64,000 nucleotides of DNA from contig NZ_JAHBYG010000019.1 of NCBI RefSeq assembly GCF_019636075.1, forward strand, positions 2,494 through 66,493, in the 5' to 3' direction. A model generated the notes under the pieces. The model was not told the origin of the DNA and made no database searches. It saw only the letters and a list, made by a program, of their open reading frames with translations. Origin of the DNA: Ferrovibrio sp. Lineage in GTDB: Bacteria; Pseudomonadota; Alphaproteobacteria; Ferrovibrionales; Ferrovibrionaceae. This document shows positions 18,848 through 28,816 of the stretch, in pieces. The number at the start of each line of letters is the position of its first letter. The stretch's first letter is position 1. The position numbers and the translations under genes are program-made.

Positions 18848-21331
18848 TCAATTCCTCCATTGCAGCCACACGCCATGCAGGCGCTGGGATTTGCCGTTGT
18901 GGGTTTCGAAGCGCCATTTCATGCTACTGCCGGATGGCTGGCCCGACAGATCCACGGTGGCGGCGAGGATGTTGGTTGCGGCATCGAAGCTGCCCTCGTC
19001 GCTAAGCGTGCCGCTACTCCAGGTGGTGCCGTTGTCGCGGCTCACCTTGATGATGGCATCGGTGTTCAGCGTCACGCCGTCCACCGGCTGATGCAGCAGC
19101 ACCACGCGGGCTTCGGCGGGCACCATCTCGGCCGCGAAGGCCGTGCTCACCATAACCACATCGGCGCCGCTGGTGATGGCATGGAATTGCAGCTCGGCCA
19201 CGCAGAAGCGCTGATCGCCGCTGCCGATATTGGAGGTCAGGTGGATGCGGTGATAGCGATAGGCCGCGCTGGTATTGATGCCCGACGTGACATCATGCAC
19301 CAGCTTGGTGGCACTGTCGGTGAGGCTGCCGGTATGCAGATCGGTCCAGCTGGAGCCGTTATTGGAGCCCTGCAGCTTGATGGTGATGGTGCCGCCATCC
19401 ACGCCGTAACCCTGGAAGCCCACATCGCTGGCCGATACCACGCGGAAGCGGGTGACCGTATGGCTGTTGCCACTGCCCCAATCCTTGCCCAGCAGCAACG
19501 GATCGGATGGCGAGGCCGAACTGTAATAGGCACCGGCGGAATAGGTTTGCGTTTCGTTGGCATCGAAAGCTGCCGCCAGGCCGCCGCCCGAGGTGGCATT
19601 GCCGATACTGCTGCCGCCGGAAATCACGCCTTCCAGGGGATTGTGATAATAATCCCCGGCGGCATCGTAGGTGGCGCCGCCGGCCGAGCCGATGCCGGTG
19701 CTGTCTTCGAATTCATCGGCGATGCCATCCACCATGTTGAGCAAAGACCAGCCGGCATCGATCTGGTCGCGCAACGTATTGATGGCGAGATTGCGTTCGA
19801 GGAATTGCAGCCGCGCTTCGAACACCGCCGGCACCGCCACCCATTCGCTGTCGTAATCGCTGCCCGAGGCCTTGGCGAGGAAATAGCCGCTAGCGCCGCC
19901 GCTGGGCACGCCCGCGCCGGCCGGACCTTGCGGGCCGGTGGCACCCGTTGCACCCATGGCGCCGGCGGCACCCGTGGGCCCGGTAGCGCCGGTGGGGCCT
20001 TGCGGACCGGTAGCCCCGGTGGGGCCCTGCACGCCGGCCGGGCCTTGCGGGCCGGTGGCGCCGGTGGCTCCCGTGGCACCCGTGGCACCTGCGGACCCGG
20101 TGGCGCCGGTGGCGCCGGTATCGCCCTTGGCGGCCAGCAGCGCCCAATAGGTGGGCGAGCTTTCCGGCGCATGATCCGTGCCGGCCTGCAAGGCGATATA
20201 GGCCGCGCCATTGCGGCCCACCGCATCATCCACCGCATAGGCCGTGGCCGACGACCAGGCGCCCTGCCATTGCAGGCCCTTGTCGCCCTGCACGCCTTGA
20301 ATGCCCTGCACACCTTGCGGGCCCTGCTCGCCCTGTTCGCCCTGGGGGCCGATGCCGCCCTGCGGACCGGTGGGCCCCTGTTCGCCGCGCCCGAACGGCA
20401 CGCCATCGGACCAATCGCCTGCCGTGCCGGAGAGCTTGAAATACAGATAGCCGGTATCGGTGGCCAGATAGCTGAAGCCATCGGCTTCCGCGTCGTGGCT
20501 GGCACGGCCGGCATACAGACCCACTTCATCGGGGGTGAAGCTCTGGCCGGCAATGCCCTGCGGCCCCTGAATGCCCTGGATGCCCTGGGCCCCGCCCGGA
20601 CCCTGAATGCCTTGCGATCCCTGCGGCCCCGTGGCCCCGGCCGGACCCGGCACGCCTTGCGGCCCCGCCGCGCCCTGCGCGCCCTGCGGACCGGTGGCGC
20701 CGGTGGCACCTTGCACGCCTTGCGGACCTTGCGCGCCGGTAGGCCCGGTGGCGCCCTGCGATCCTTGCGGACCCTGCGCGCCTTGCGGGCCGGTGGGACC
20801 GGCAGGCCCCTGGGCACCCTGCGGCCCCGGCGGGCCCTGGGGCACATCGCCCTCGCCATAGAAAGCCGGCCGGCCATCGGCATCGAAGCCCAGCAGCTTG
20901 CCGGCACGGTCGCCATAGGGCAGCGCCAGATCCGCCGCCGGCACCGTCAATCCCGCTTCATGCAGGCGCAGGGCGCGGCTGGCCGAATCATCCACCTGCT
21001 GCAACAGCAACGCGATGCGGTCGAGTTCCTCGTTCAGCGCGCGAGCGCGGAATTCGCCGCCCTCCACGAAATCGGTTTCGCGCTTGATCGCCATGCGGCG
21101 CGCCGCCGTGATGCGGCTGCCGGAGGCCGGCGCGGTGGCGAATTGCAGCACCGCCCCGGCGCTCTGGTTGAGATTGCCCACGCTGAAACCGATGCCGCTG
21201 GGCAGGGCGTCGATCCAGACCAGCAGGTCGGCGGCGGCCAATACGGGAAACGGCAGGCTGAATTCGGTCTGCAAGCCGTTGGCGATGAATTGCGCACGCG
21301 GCGGCGCGGCGGAAACGATCAGGTCGGTCAT
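18848..21331 (-). CDS. Tail fibre with T7 gp17-like anchor, collagen Gly-X-Y blocks, CBM-like motif and discoidin-like domain
   Basis: N-terminal [29 protein letters not shown]; three Gly-X-Y runs; [27 protein letters not shown]; [20 protein letters not shown]. Confidence 0.88.
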   Translation of the reverse strand: MTDLIVSAAPPRAQFIANGLQTEFSLPFPVLAAADLLVWIDALPSGIGFSVGNLNQSAGAVLQFATAPASGSRITAARRMAIKRETDFVEGGEFRARALNEELDRIALLLQQVDDSASRALRLHEAGLTVPAADLALPYGDRAGKLLGFDADGRPAFYGEGDVPQGPPGPQGAQGPAGPTGPQGAQGPQGSQGATGPTGAQGPQGVQGATGATGPQGAQGAAGPQGVPGPAGATGPQGSQGIQGPGGAQGIQGIQGPQGIAGQSFTPDEVGLYAGRASHDAEADGFSYLATDTGYLYFKLSGTAGDWSDGVPFGRGEQGPTGPQGGIGPQGEQGEQGPQGVQGIQGVQGDKGLQWQGAWSSATAYAVDDAVGRNGAAYIALQAGTDHAPESSPTYWALLAAKGDTGATGATGSAGATGATGATGATGPQGPAGVQGPTGATGPQGPTGATGPTGAAGAMGATGATGPQGPAGAGVPSGGASGYFLAKASGSDYDSEWVAVPAVFEARLQFLERNLAINTLRDQIDAGWSLLNMVDGIADEFEDSTGIGSAGGATYDAAGDYYHNPLEGVISGGSSIGNATSGGGLAAAFDANETQTYSAGAYYSSASPSDPLLLGKDWGSGNSHTVTRFRVVSASDVGFQGYGVDGGTITIKLQGSNNGSSWTDLHTGSLTDSATKLVHDVTSGINTSAAYRYHRIHLTSNIGSGDQRFCVAELQFHAITSGADVVMVSTAFAAEMVPAEARVVLLHQPVDGVTLNTDAIIKVSRDNGTTWSSGTLSDEGSFDAATNILAATVDLSGQPSGSSMKWRFETHNGKSQRLHGVWLQWRN

Positions 21332-21346
21332 GGGGGATCCTTTCGC

Positions 21347-21808
21347 TTACGATGTCCGTGTCGGATTCGTTTGGCTGCGCTCATAGGCATTCAGCCCGGT
21401 GCGGACCAAAGAGAGCAGGCCATTGGTGGTGGCTTCGCGCTGGCGCAGCAGGTTGATGCGGCCGGCGGCATCGAAATTGGCAAGCTGGTCGTTATAGCTG
21501 CTGGCCAGCCGGCTGCGTTCCTGCTCGCTTTCCGCCAGCAGGTTGTTCATCAGCGCACCGGCCGAGCCATCGCCGGAAACCCCCGATGCCGCGAAAGCCG
21601 CGCGCTGCGCCGCCTGGCTGCGTGCCAGACGATCCTGACGCTCTTTCTCGGCATCGGCATATTGGCGATCCAAAGCCTGCTTCTGCTGCGCCTGGGCGGA
21701 AGCCTGGGCCTTGGCCTGAGCGCTGGAATTCGCCATGCCTGCAACGGTGCTGACGGCACTGCTTGCCAGCGTAGCCCATAACAACGGTGCTGCTGAAATT
21801 GCGGCCAT
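21347..21808 (-). CDS. Internal virion protein-like (Ala/Gln-rich)
   Basis: SQAAQRAAFAASGVSGDGSA motif; located after tail tubular B, like T7 gp13/14. Confidence 0.6.
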   Translation of the reverse strand: MAAISAAPLLWATLASSAVSTVAGMANSSAQAKAQASAQAQQKQALDRQYADAEKERQDRLARSQAAQRAAFAASGVSGDGSAGALMNNLLAESEQERSRLASSYNDQLANFDAAGRINLLRQREATTNGLLSLVRTGLNAYERSQTNPTRTS

Positions 21809-23730
21809 TATTCGGTTCCTTTCAGTTCGGTGTAGACGGAAAGCAGGGTGAAGGGTTGCGGCGCCGCCTGGTCGATGCGCCAGAGCGGTTTATCGACACC
21901 GCGCACCCAGCCCAGGCCGCGCATTTCGCGGTCGCCGGTGAACGGCACCGGGGCTGCATCCAGCGCGCCGGTTTCGCCGAAGCGGGTGAAGGCCAGGGCA
22001 CGCGGGCCATTGCCCATATCCACCAGCAAAGCCGCCGTATCCTGCAGGCGGAACACCGCGCGGATCAGCCGCACCGGGCCGGATTGCGCGATGGCATCGC
22101 CGCCGATCTCGGCCGGCAGCGGCTCGATCTCATGCTTGAACGGCAGGCCCACTTCGATGCTGCTGGCCGCGCTGGCCAGGCTGAGCATGCCATCGACGAT
22201 GCCGTAGCTGCCGCGATCGATGCCATCGGCGCGCACCCGCACGCTGCGGCCTTCCAGATGCTCCAGCCCGCCCCAGACGGTTTTCGGATCATTGCTGCTG
22301 CCGCGCCAGGCGGCATCGCAGAAACAGGCTTCATCCAGGCATTCGAGATACAGACCGTTCTGGCGCTGCACCAGCACATAGATGCTGTCGTTCAGCACCG
22401 CCACGGCACGGAAGGCGCCGTCGGTCTGCAATCTGGTCCAGGCCAGGATCTGCTGGCTGCGGAAATTGGTCTGCACCGCCAGGCTGCCATCGCCCATCGG
22501 CAGCAGGATCAGCTTGCGCGTGGCATCGTAATCCATGCCGCGCGGATCGTTGAACAGATGCGGCACCAGCAAAGCCATATCCTCGGCGGAATAGGCCTGG
22601 TCGAGATCGGTATAAAGGAACTGCCGCAAACCGCGCCCATCGCGGGCGATGAACATGGTGGCGCCATCCACATGGCAGGGCGGAATGCTGCGTTCGATCT
22701 GCGAGCCGATGCGGGTCTGGCGATCGACACGCAGCTTGGCCGGCGTGAGCGGCTCGCCGGTGATCATCCATTCGGCGCCGGCGGTGAACAATTGCAGATG
22801 CCGCCCGGCCACCACGGCGCGGATCGCTTCCACCTGATCGGTGAGCAGGGAGAATTCGATCGACTCGTCGTCCAGCGCGGTGCCGAGATTGAAATTGGTG
22901 ATATCGGAGGTTTTCGACATCCAGACCCGGTTGGGCAAATCGCGCGAGCCGGCGAAGATCAGCCGCTCCTGGAACAGCGTCACCGCCACCGGCCAGCCGC
23001 GATGATCGGAAAACGCCTGCTCCTCCCAATCGCGGGTGGACGCGGCATCCACCAGGGATTCCTTGGTGGTGGCGGTGGCCTGGGTGGCCGAGCTGATGCC
23101 GGTGATTTCCACTTCCTTCTTCTTGATGCGGAAGCGGGTGCCGATATGCGCGTCGGTGAACAGATCCTCGGATGCGGTGAGCGTGATCGTGCCGCTGGTG
23201 GAAGACGGCGTCAGGGTCACGTCTTCCTTGGCGAATTTGAAACTCGGCACGCGCTTGATGCCGCTGCCATCCTCGATCTTGAAAGCGAAGCCGGCGATAT
23301 CCCAATTGTCATGCGCGGTGCGGGTGAGGCGCTGCGGCGGAATATCCGGATGGCAGATGAACAGCGTATCGGCGCTCTGCACCCAGCTGAGCTGGCGCAC
23401 CTGATCGGCGGACCAGGGCGCGGCCACGATGGCGGCCAGGGTTTCCTGGTGGAACACCCGGATCTCGCCTTCGATGAACAGCAGCAGATAGGTCTGCTCG
23501 GTGTTGAAGCGGAAGGTGACCAGCCGCGCGCCCTCATCCTCGGAATCGGGCAGCATGGCCACATGGCGCAGGCCGGGCCGTCGGGTGACGCCTCCGGTGG
23601 GCCGGATCAGCACGTTGCGCAGCTTGGCGGCGCCGTTGGCATAAGCCGACAGATCGGGCCGGCCGAGCAATTCGGCGGCGATTTCGCCGGCAGTGAAATT
23701 GTTCTTGAACGCGCGCAGCCTGGCCATCAC
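21808..23730 (-). CDS. Tail tubular protein B (T7 gp12-like nozzle)
   Basis: KNNFTAGEI..GRPDL, GGVTRRPG, F..EQTYLL, GWPVAVTLFQERLIFAG, WMSKT. Confidence 0.88.
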   Translation of the reverse strand: MMARLRAFKNNFTAGEIAAELLGRPDLSAYANGAAKLRNVLIRPTGGVTRRPGLRHVAMLPDSEDEGARLVTFRFNTEQTYLLLFIEGEIRVFHQETLAAIVAAPWSADQVRQLSWVQSADTLFICHPDIPPQRLTRTAHDNWDIAGFAFKIEDGSGIKRVPSFKFAKEDVTLTPSSTSGTITLTASEDLFTDAHIGTRFRIKKKEVEITGISSATQATATTKESLVDAASTRDWEEQAFSDHRGWPVAVTLFQERLIFAGSRDLPNRVWMSKTSDITNFNLGTALDDESIEFSLLTDQVEAIRAVVAGRHLQLFTAGAEWMITGEPLTPAKLRVDRQTRIGSQIERSIPPCHVDGATMFIARDGRGLRQFLYTDLDQAYSAEDMALLVPHLFNDPRGMDYDATRKLILLPMGDGSLAVQTNFRSQQILAWTRLQTDGAFRAVAVLNDSIYVLVQRQNGLYLECLDEACFCDAAWRGSSNDPKTVWGGLEHLEGRSVRVRADGIDRGSYGIVDGMLSLASAASSIEVGLPFKHEIEPLPAEIGGDAIAQSGPVRLIRAVFRLQDTAALLVDMGNGPRALAFTRFGETGALDAAPVPFTGDREMRGLGWVRGVDKPLWRIDQAAPQPFTLLSVYTELKGTE

Positions 23731-24296
23731 AAACGCGCCTCCACCAGAGTGAAATCCTCGATGCGGCCGGGCTCGCCCTGCTGCGCGTCCACTGCCTTGG
23801 CGCGGCGGAATTCATCCTCCGACAGCTTGAACAGCAATTCCGCGCGGCTGGTGCTCTCGGTCAGCGGCAGGCAGAATTCCGCCGCCAGGCGCGCGCACAG
23901 CGCCTGGTCGAAGAAAGCCGGAAACGAGGCTTCGTCGGGCCGCAGGATATAGGTCAGCGTGATCTGCTCGGCATTGGCATGCAGGTTGCCGGCCACGATG
24001 CGATAGCCGATGCCGCGGCCGCGTTCGGCGATACCGGCCGACAATGCGCGCAAGAAATCCGGCGGCAGCTGGAAGGCATGGGAGAAATCGGCGCGCGGCG
24101 GCGCGACCAGGCGCGCCAGGTCGGTCTGCGCGGTGGCGAAACGCCAGGGATAGGCAGACAGCAGCGCATCGCGGGTGGCCGGATAGACATGGCGCGCCAC
24201 TTCGGCTTCCACGCTGCCATCATCGAAAGCGCTGATCGGGCGGGCGGCCAGCGCCACCAGGGCCCGGCTGCAAAGCTGAACGGCGTTGAGCGCCAT
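23727..24296 (-). CDS. Tail tubular protein A (T7 gp11-like adaptor)
   Basis: AVQLCSRAL..PISAFDDGSVEA, LLSAYPWRFA, FQLPPDFLR, CARLAAEFCLPLT. Confidence 0.88.
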   Translation of the reverse strand: MALNAVQLCSRALVALAARPISAFDDGSVEAEVARHVYPATRDALLSAYPWRFATAQTDLARLVAPPRADFSHAFQLPPDFLRALSAGIAERGRGIGYRIVAGNLHANAEQITLTYILRPDEASFPAFFDQALCARLAAEFCLPLTESTSRAELLFKLSEDEFRRAKAVDAQQGEPGRIEDFTLVEARL

Positions 24297-24494
24297 GGCT
24301 GGAATCCTTTCATTGTCGTGCGGGCAAGCTCCCCGGGTGGGGTGCCCCGGCGGCGGGGAAAACCGCCGGGACACCCAGGCCGGCGCGGGGGAGCACGCGC
24401 CGGCCGGGCCGCCATGACACGCATCCCGGGTTTCGGTGATGGCTGCGCGCGGCCCAAAACGCGCGCAGCGGTCAGGCGGGCGAAGGCAACCGGA

Positions 24495-24764
24495 TCAATC
24501 GGTATCCGTGCCGCCGAACGCGGTGAGATCGGCGAGATCCACCACGCCGCCGCTATTGGAGGCGACCACGAAGATGCCATGCGCCGGCGAGCCGCCGGTG
24601 GCGCAGTTGGCGAGGATGAAGTCGCCGACCCGCAGCATCTCCACGGCCGCGTTGAAATAGCCGCTGGTATCCACGGTGGCCGCCGTGTCGGTGGTGGTGT
24701 AATGCCAGAGCGTGAAGCCGTTGGCGTAGCCGAGCACGCTCAGATTCTTGGCCTGGTAAGCCAT
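24495..24764 (-). CDS. Small beta-rich virion protein (possible capsid decoration)
   Basis: 89 aa directly after the capsid gene, with an AAGGAG RBS; GFTLWHYTT..VDTSGYFN. Confidence 0.6.
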   Translation of the reverse strand: MAYQAKNLSVLGYANGFTLWHYTTTDTAATVDTSGYFNAAVEMLRVGDFILANCATGGSPAHGIFVVASNSGGVVDLADLTAFGGTDTD

Positions 24765-24807
24765 GACGATGTCTCCTTCTTGCGGATGTTGGGGAGGGGT
24801 GGCGGGA

Positions 24808-25626
24808 TCAGCTTTCGAGGCAGCGGAGCGTCACCACGCCGGTGCCGTCGATCAGCGCGGCGCCCTGACTCATCATGTTGTTGATGAACAGGGCGGCGCG
24901 GTCGCCATGCCAGGAGATGTCGGATTCCACATCCTTGCCCGAGGCATGACCGAGCGCGGTCTTGTGATACCAATGGCAGAACCGCACATTGCCGCTGAGC
25001 GTGAGGCCGCTATGGGCGATCCACAGCGTGCCCAGCCATTGCTTGGCCTGGGCGCCCTTCCAGGGCAGGTTGTCGTCGCCCACGTAATCCGCATCGGCGA
25101 ATTCCGGGATGTCGAGCAACTGGCTCCACTGGCGCCAGCCGATCACCGCGGTGCGCTGGCCATCGTCGGGCACATCGGCGCCGCCGAGCAGTTCGAACGC
25201 GGTGAGGATCTTCGCCTTGGTGAGACCATCGGCATTGCCGCCGGCATAGTTGGTGGAACTGTCCAGCGCCTTGATGATCAGCTCGTCGGTCTTGCGGCCC
25301 AGCGCATAGGCGCCGGCATTCACGATCACGTCGCGCTCGCTATGGCCGACCTTGATCTCGTCGAGCGCATCGAGCCATTCGCCGGCATAATAATCCTGCA
25401 GGGCGCATTCCACCGAGCCGTGATCCACATTCATCACCGGCACCTTGCCGTGCCGTGCCTTGGTGGAGGCGCTGCCCTTGCCGACCTTCTGGAAGGTGGT
25501 GGAAGCGCCCTTGATGTCGCCCTTCGAGCGCACCGTGGGGCGCAGCTTGGAGCCGAGCCGCTGATAGGCATTGTGCACGTCCTTTTCGAACTGCCGCACA
25601 AAGCCGGTTTCGATATTGGGAGTCAT
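24808..25626 (-). CDS. Major capsid protein (T7/BPP-1-like, 272 aa)
   Basis: FVRQFEKDVHNAYQRLGSKLR, DYYAGEWLDALDE, AYALGRKTDELII; AAAGGA RBS. Confidence 0.88.
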   Translation of the reverse strand: MTPNIETGFVRQFEKDVHNAYQRLGSKLRPTVRSKGDIKGASTTFQKVGKGSASTKARHGKVPVMNVDHGSVECALQDYYAGEWLDALDEIKVGHSERDVIVNAGAYALGRKTDELIIKALDSSTNYAGGNADGLTKAKILTAFELLGGADVPDDGQRTAVIGWRQWSQLLDIPEFADADYVGDDNLPWKGAQAKQWLGTLWIAHSGLTLSGNVRFCHWYHKTALGHASGKDVESDISWHGDRAALFINNMMSQGAALIDGTGVVTLRCLES

Positions 25627-25803
25627 GTTGGGGTGTCCTTTTCGAGTTGCGGGAATGCGTTGGGTGCACTTCGCCCATCGCGTTCTCCGCAATAGCGGGC
25701 GCGTCTGGAGAGGCATTCGGTTCGGGGAGCCGCCCGGCCCGGAGAGGCGCGCGGTGGCCTGGCGCCGGGTTATCGGAACGGAAATGCAAAAGCGGGAGAG
25801 GCT

Positions 25804-25845
25804 GCCCGATATCCGGCCGGTTCATGCGCCGGCCGGATATCGGGC
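25804..25845. repeat. Perfect 17-bp inverted repeat between scaffold and capsid genes
   Basis: GCCCGATATCCGGCCGG-8 nt-CCGGCCGGATATCGGGC. Confidence 0.95.
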
Positions 25846-25858
25846 CTGGGGCGCGCGA

Positions 25859-26614
25859 TCAGCCCGGATACAGCCTCCGGAAACCCTGGGTAACCTTGTC
25901 GAGGATTTCGGGGTCGCGACGCTTCCAGTAGCGCGGGTCTTGCATCAGCTTGACCAGCTGTTCCTCGGTCAGCGCCTCGTCCGAGCCGCTGCCTTCGGCA
26001 CGCCGCAGCGTCGGCTCGCCGGATTTCATCATGGCTTCCAGCGCGATCACGCCCTGGGCATTGCTGGCCAGCGCCGCGAAGGTGCTTTCCGGCAGATTGG
26101 CGCGGCCCCAGATTTCCAGGCTGCGGGCGACTTCCCGGTAGCGCGCCGGGCCGCCGAAATGCTGTTCCAGCTTTTCGCGTTCGCTGCGCGCGCTGAAGCC
26201 CGATACCAGATCGTCGATCTGCGGCATCACATGATCGCAGGCCAGGTCGTAGACCAGCTGGGCCTGGGCGGGCGTGAAGCCGGCCGCATGCAGCTTGGCA
26301 TTCACCTCGGGATCCACATGCAGTTGCGGATGGCGCAGCTGGATGCTGTAGCCATCGGGCGCATCGGGCACGCCCAGCGCACGATGGAAACCGCGCAGGC
26401 CATCGGCGTCGCCCTCGGCGGGCAGCCGCACCATGCCGGCCATGCGGCGCTCCAGCGACAGGTAGGATTTCAGCAGCTTGTCCACCTGGATCGCGCCGGT
26501 CTGCGGGTCGCGGAATTTCGCCGGCACGGCATCAATGCCTTCGGCGGCGAGGCCATCGGCAACCGGCGGAATGGCCGCCGGCTGCGCTTCATCGGTAAGC
26601 AGGTTCTGGGTCAT
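25859..26614 (-). CDS. Capsid scaffold/assembly protein
   Basis: VPAKFRDPQ..LLKSYLSLE, LGVPDAPDGY, LMQDPRYWK; located between portal and capsid. Confidence 0.8.
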   Translation of the reverse strand: MTQNLLTDEAQPAAIPPVADGLAAEGIDAVPAKFRDPQTGAIQVDKLLKSYLSLERRMAGMVRLPAEGDADGLRGFHRALGVPDAPDGYSIQLRHPQLHVDPEVNAKLHAAGFTPAQAQLVYDLACDHVMPQIDDLVSGFSARSEREKLEQHFGGPARYREVARSLEIWGRANLPESTFAALASNAQGVIALEAMMKSGEPTLRRAEGSGSDEALTEEQLVKLMQDPRYWKRRDPEILDKVTQGFRRLYPG

Positions 26615-26655
26615 CGAGGTCGGTCCTTTCGGTTGCGTGATCATGTTATGTTCTT

Positions 26656-26901
26656 TCAGTCTTCCGCGATCCGGGCGAGTTGCGTGCCATCGCGGCCGCG
26701 TTGCATCAGCGCCTCGATATGGGCCAGCAGATGGCGCTGGCCTTCGAGATGCCGCAACTCGGCTTCCGGGCAATCCGGCGCCAGCCGGCGTTCCACGGTG
26801 ATGCGCCGTAAATGCCCGAGCAGCCTTTCGCCCTGCGGCGTGCCGAGACAGCGCGCGGCATCCAGCGCCAGTTGATCGGTATCCACCGGCCGCGCGGTCA
26901 T
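26656..26901 (-). CDS. Small phage protein (Bbp19-like position)
   Basis: LGTPQGERLLGHLR..LEGQRHLL; ATGA-coupled to the portal. Confidence 0.7.
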   Translation of the reverse strand: MTARPVDTDQLALDAARCLGTPQGERLLGHLRRITVERRLAPDCPEAELRHLEGQRHLLAHIEALMQRGRDGTQLARIAED

Positions 26902-28607
26902 GCCGCACCTTCCATCATTTGCTGCAAGGCCGGCGCAGCCTGCTGCAGCATCGGCGCCAGCGCCGCCATCGGATCGGCCCCGATCTGCTGCTGCTGCTGC
27001 TGTTGTTGTGGCGGCTGAGGATCGGCGGGTTGTTCGCCGGCTTCGAGCAGGAATTCGCCGGGCACGCCGAGCGTGCGGCCGAGCCAGCGCGCCACGGCGG
27101 TCTTGTCCACCACCGCATCGGCGGCGGGGCCCAGCGCCTTGATCTGCTCCAGCCACATCAGGATGCCCTGGATGTCGGCCTGGCTTTGCACGCGCGCCAG
27201 CGGCGATTGATACGCCAGCTTCACCTCGCGGCCATCCAGGGCGAAATCCGGGATCTCGCCGCGCCGCTGCAGAATCTCCACCACGCGGTCGATCAGCGGG
27301 GTGAGGAATTCGCCTTGCAGCCGGCCGAACACCGCACCCAGCAACCGGGCCATTTCGGCGGCGCGTTCCAGCACTTCGGTGGCGCTCATCTTCGGTGCCG
27401 CCACCTGGCCCAACCGATCCACCAGCAGCGCATGGCGGATGCGGCCGCGCAGATCGTCGAGCACCAGTTGCGAGATATCGAAACGGCCCGGCGCGGCCAG
27501 CGGCGTAAGGCCCGACGAACCCACCGCCTTGGGAATGATGGCGCCCGGCACCAGCTTCACATTGGCGGGATTGAGCACGCCATCGTCATCGGCCTGCCAG
27601 ATCCCGGTGACGGCGATGGAGGCATTCTTCAACACCAGTTCCACCACCTTGTTGGCGGTCTTGATATCGGGCAATGCCTTCATCACCGGCGAACGGCCAT
27701 ACACATCGCCGGCGGCCTTGATCCAGCGGAAGGCGATGAACGGCGAGCGTTGGAAACGGCCGCGTTCCAAAAGCCCGCCTTGCAGCAGGCCGCCTTGCAT
27801 CAGACTATCGGCTTCGGCGCCATCCATGTCGTCTTCCAGCAGCGCGATGAAATCATAGCCGGCGGCGGACCTGCCGCCGCCTTCGCGCGGCAACACGCAT
27901 TCCAGCACGCCGATGCGGGTTTCGCCGTCGCTCTGCTTGCCCAGCCTGGCCACCACGGCGGCCGCTCTGGGATAACGCGCCAGCAATTGCTGCGGGCTGA
28001 GCCGGCGCTGCCGGAAAGCCACATCCAGCCGGCCGCTGGGGCCTTCTTCCAACACCACATCCTGGATCGGCACCGCCGTGAAACGCAGCACCGAGGGCGC
28101 ACCGAGTTCGGCTTCTTCCACCGCCAGGCAGGCGGTGCCGGCGGTTACCAGATCGAGATAGCATTGATGCGCCGCCACAGCGAAATCGGAGCGGTCGATA
28201 TGATTCTGCGCCCGGGCCGAAGCGCGATCCAGCAGGCTGGCGACCTCGCCCTGCATATCCGGCGCAATCTCCTCGCCCGGCTGAAAAGCGAACCAGCGCG
28301 ACCAGGGCGGCGTCAGCTGCGCCAGCAAGCTGGCAGCCAGTTGATCCACCGCATCGGCGGCCGTGCCATCGAACAGCGTGTCGGCGCGGCGGCCCGGCTG
28401 GTTATGGCTGCCCTGGCGACCGGACGATCCCACGCCATGCTGTTCGGAAGACAGCGGCAAGGTGTAGTCGAAGCAATCGCGCCAGCGGGTTTCCCAGGCC
28501 GAACGCGCCGCCTTGGCCTTGCGGAACCGCTCGCGCAGGTCGGTCGCCTGCGGATCGGCAATGTTGGCATCGGACATCGGGGGAAGGGTTTGCATGATCG
28601 GCCTCAT
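26898..28607 (-). CDS. Portal / head-tail connector (T7 gp8 family)
   Basis: LFDGTA..LTPPWSRWF, YGRSPVMKALPDIKTAN, MSATEVLER, YQSPLARVQ. The start may be 28577-28607. Confidence 0.93.
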   Translation of the reverse strand: MRPIMQTLPPMSDANIADPQATDLRERFRKAKAARSAWETRWRDCFDYTLPLSSEQHGVGSSGRQGSHNQPGRRADTLFDGTAADAVDQLAASLLAQLTPPWSRWFAFQPGEEIAPDMQGEVASLLDRASARAQNHIDRSDFAVAAHQCYLDLVTAGTACLAVEEAELGAPSVLRFTAVPIQDVVLEEGPSGRLDVAFRQRRLSPQQLLARYPRAAAVVARLGKQSDGETRIGVLECVLPREGGGRSAAGYDFIALLEDDMDGAEADSLMQGGLLQGGLLERGRFQRSPFIAFRWIKAAGDVYGRSPVMKALPDIKTANKVVELVLKNASIAVTGIWQADDDGVLNPANVKLVPGAIIPKAVGSSGLTPLAAPGRFDISQLVLDDLRGRIRHALLVDRLGQVAAPKMSATEVLERAAEMARLLGAVFGRLQGEFLTPLIDRVVEILQRRGEIPDFALDGREVKLAYQSPLARVQSQADIQGILMWLEQIKALGPAADAVVDKTAVARWLGRTLGVPGEFLLEAGEQPADPQPPQQQQQQQQIGADPMAALAPMLQQAAPALQQMMEGAA

Positions 28608-28816
28608 TCGCCCAGCAGCGTCTTACGGGCTTCGGCGCTGCCACCGTCGTTGCCGCCGGAGACGCCGCGATAGGAGGTGGCGATGGTTTCGCCCTGGGCG
28701 CGGCGGCGGCGTTCCCGCGCGATACGCTGCGCCTCTTCGTTGGGATCCTCGGGCTGCACCACCGGGGCTGCCGGAATGGGTGCCGGCGGCGAGGGGCTGC
28801 TGAAAATTCCGCCCAT
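28604..28816 (-). CDS. Small pre-portal phage protein (70 aa, ends KTLLGE)
   Basis: GGAGG RBS before MGGIFSSPSPP; its stop overlaps the portal start; first gene after the promoter. Confidence 0.75.
   Translation of the reverse strand: MGGIFSSPSPPAPIPAAPVVQPEDPNEEAQRIARERRRRAQGETIATSYRGVSGGNDGGSAEARKTLLGE

Noticed and set aside
18848-19700. Diversity-generating retroelement target in the fibre
   Set aside because: No reverse transcriptase and no template/variable repeat pair seen in the window
19900-20850. DNA repeats as a mobile or CRISPR element
   Set aside because: Explained by Gly-X-Y collagen coding
16581-25695. Long plus-strand ORFs (711, 973, 721 and 310 aa) opposite the phage genes
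   Set aside because: Typical stop-poor antisense frames in high-GC DNA; no motifs or RBS. The same applies to most overlapping ORFs in the track.
26985-27010. Poly-Gln tract in the portal as a contingency repeat
   Set aside because: In-frame low-complexity tail, common in this portal family
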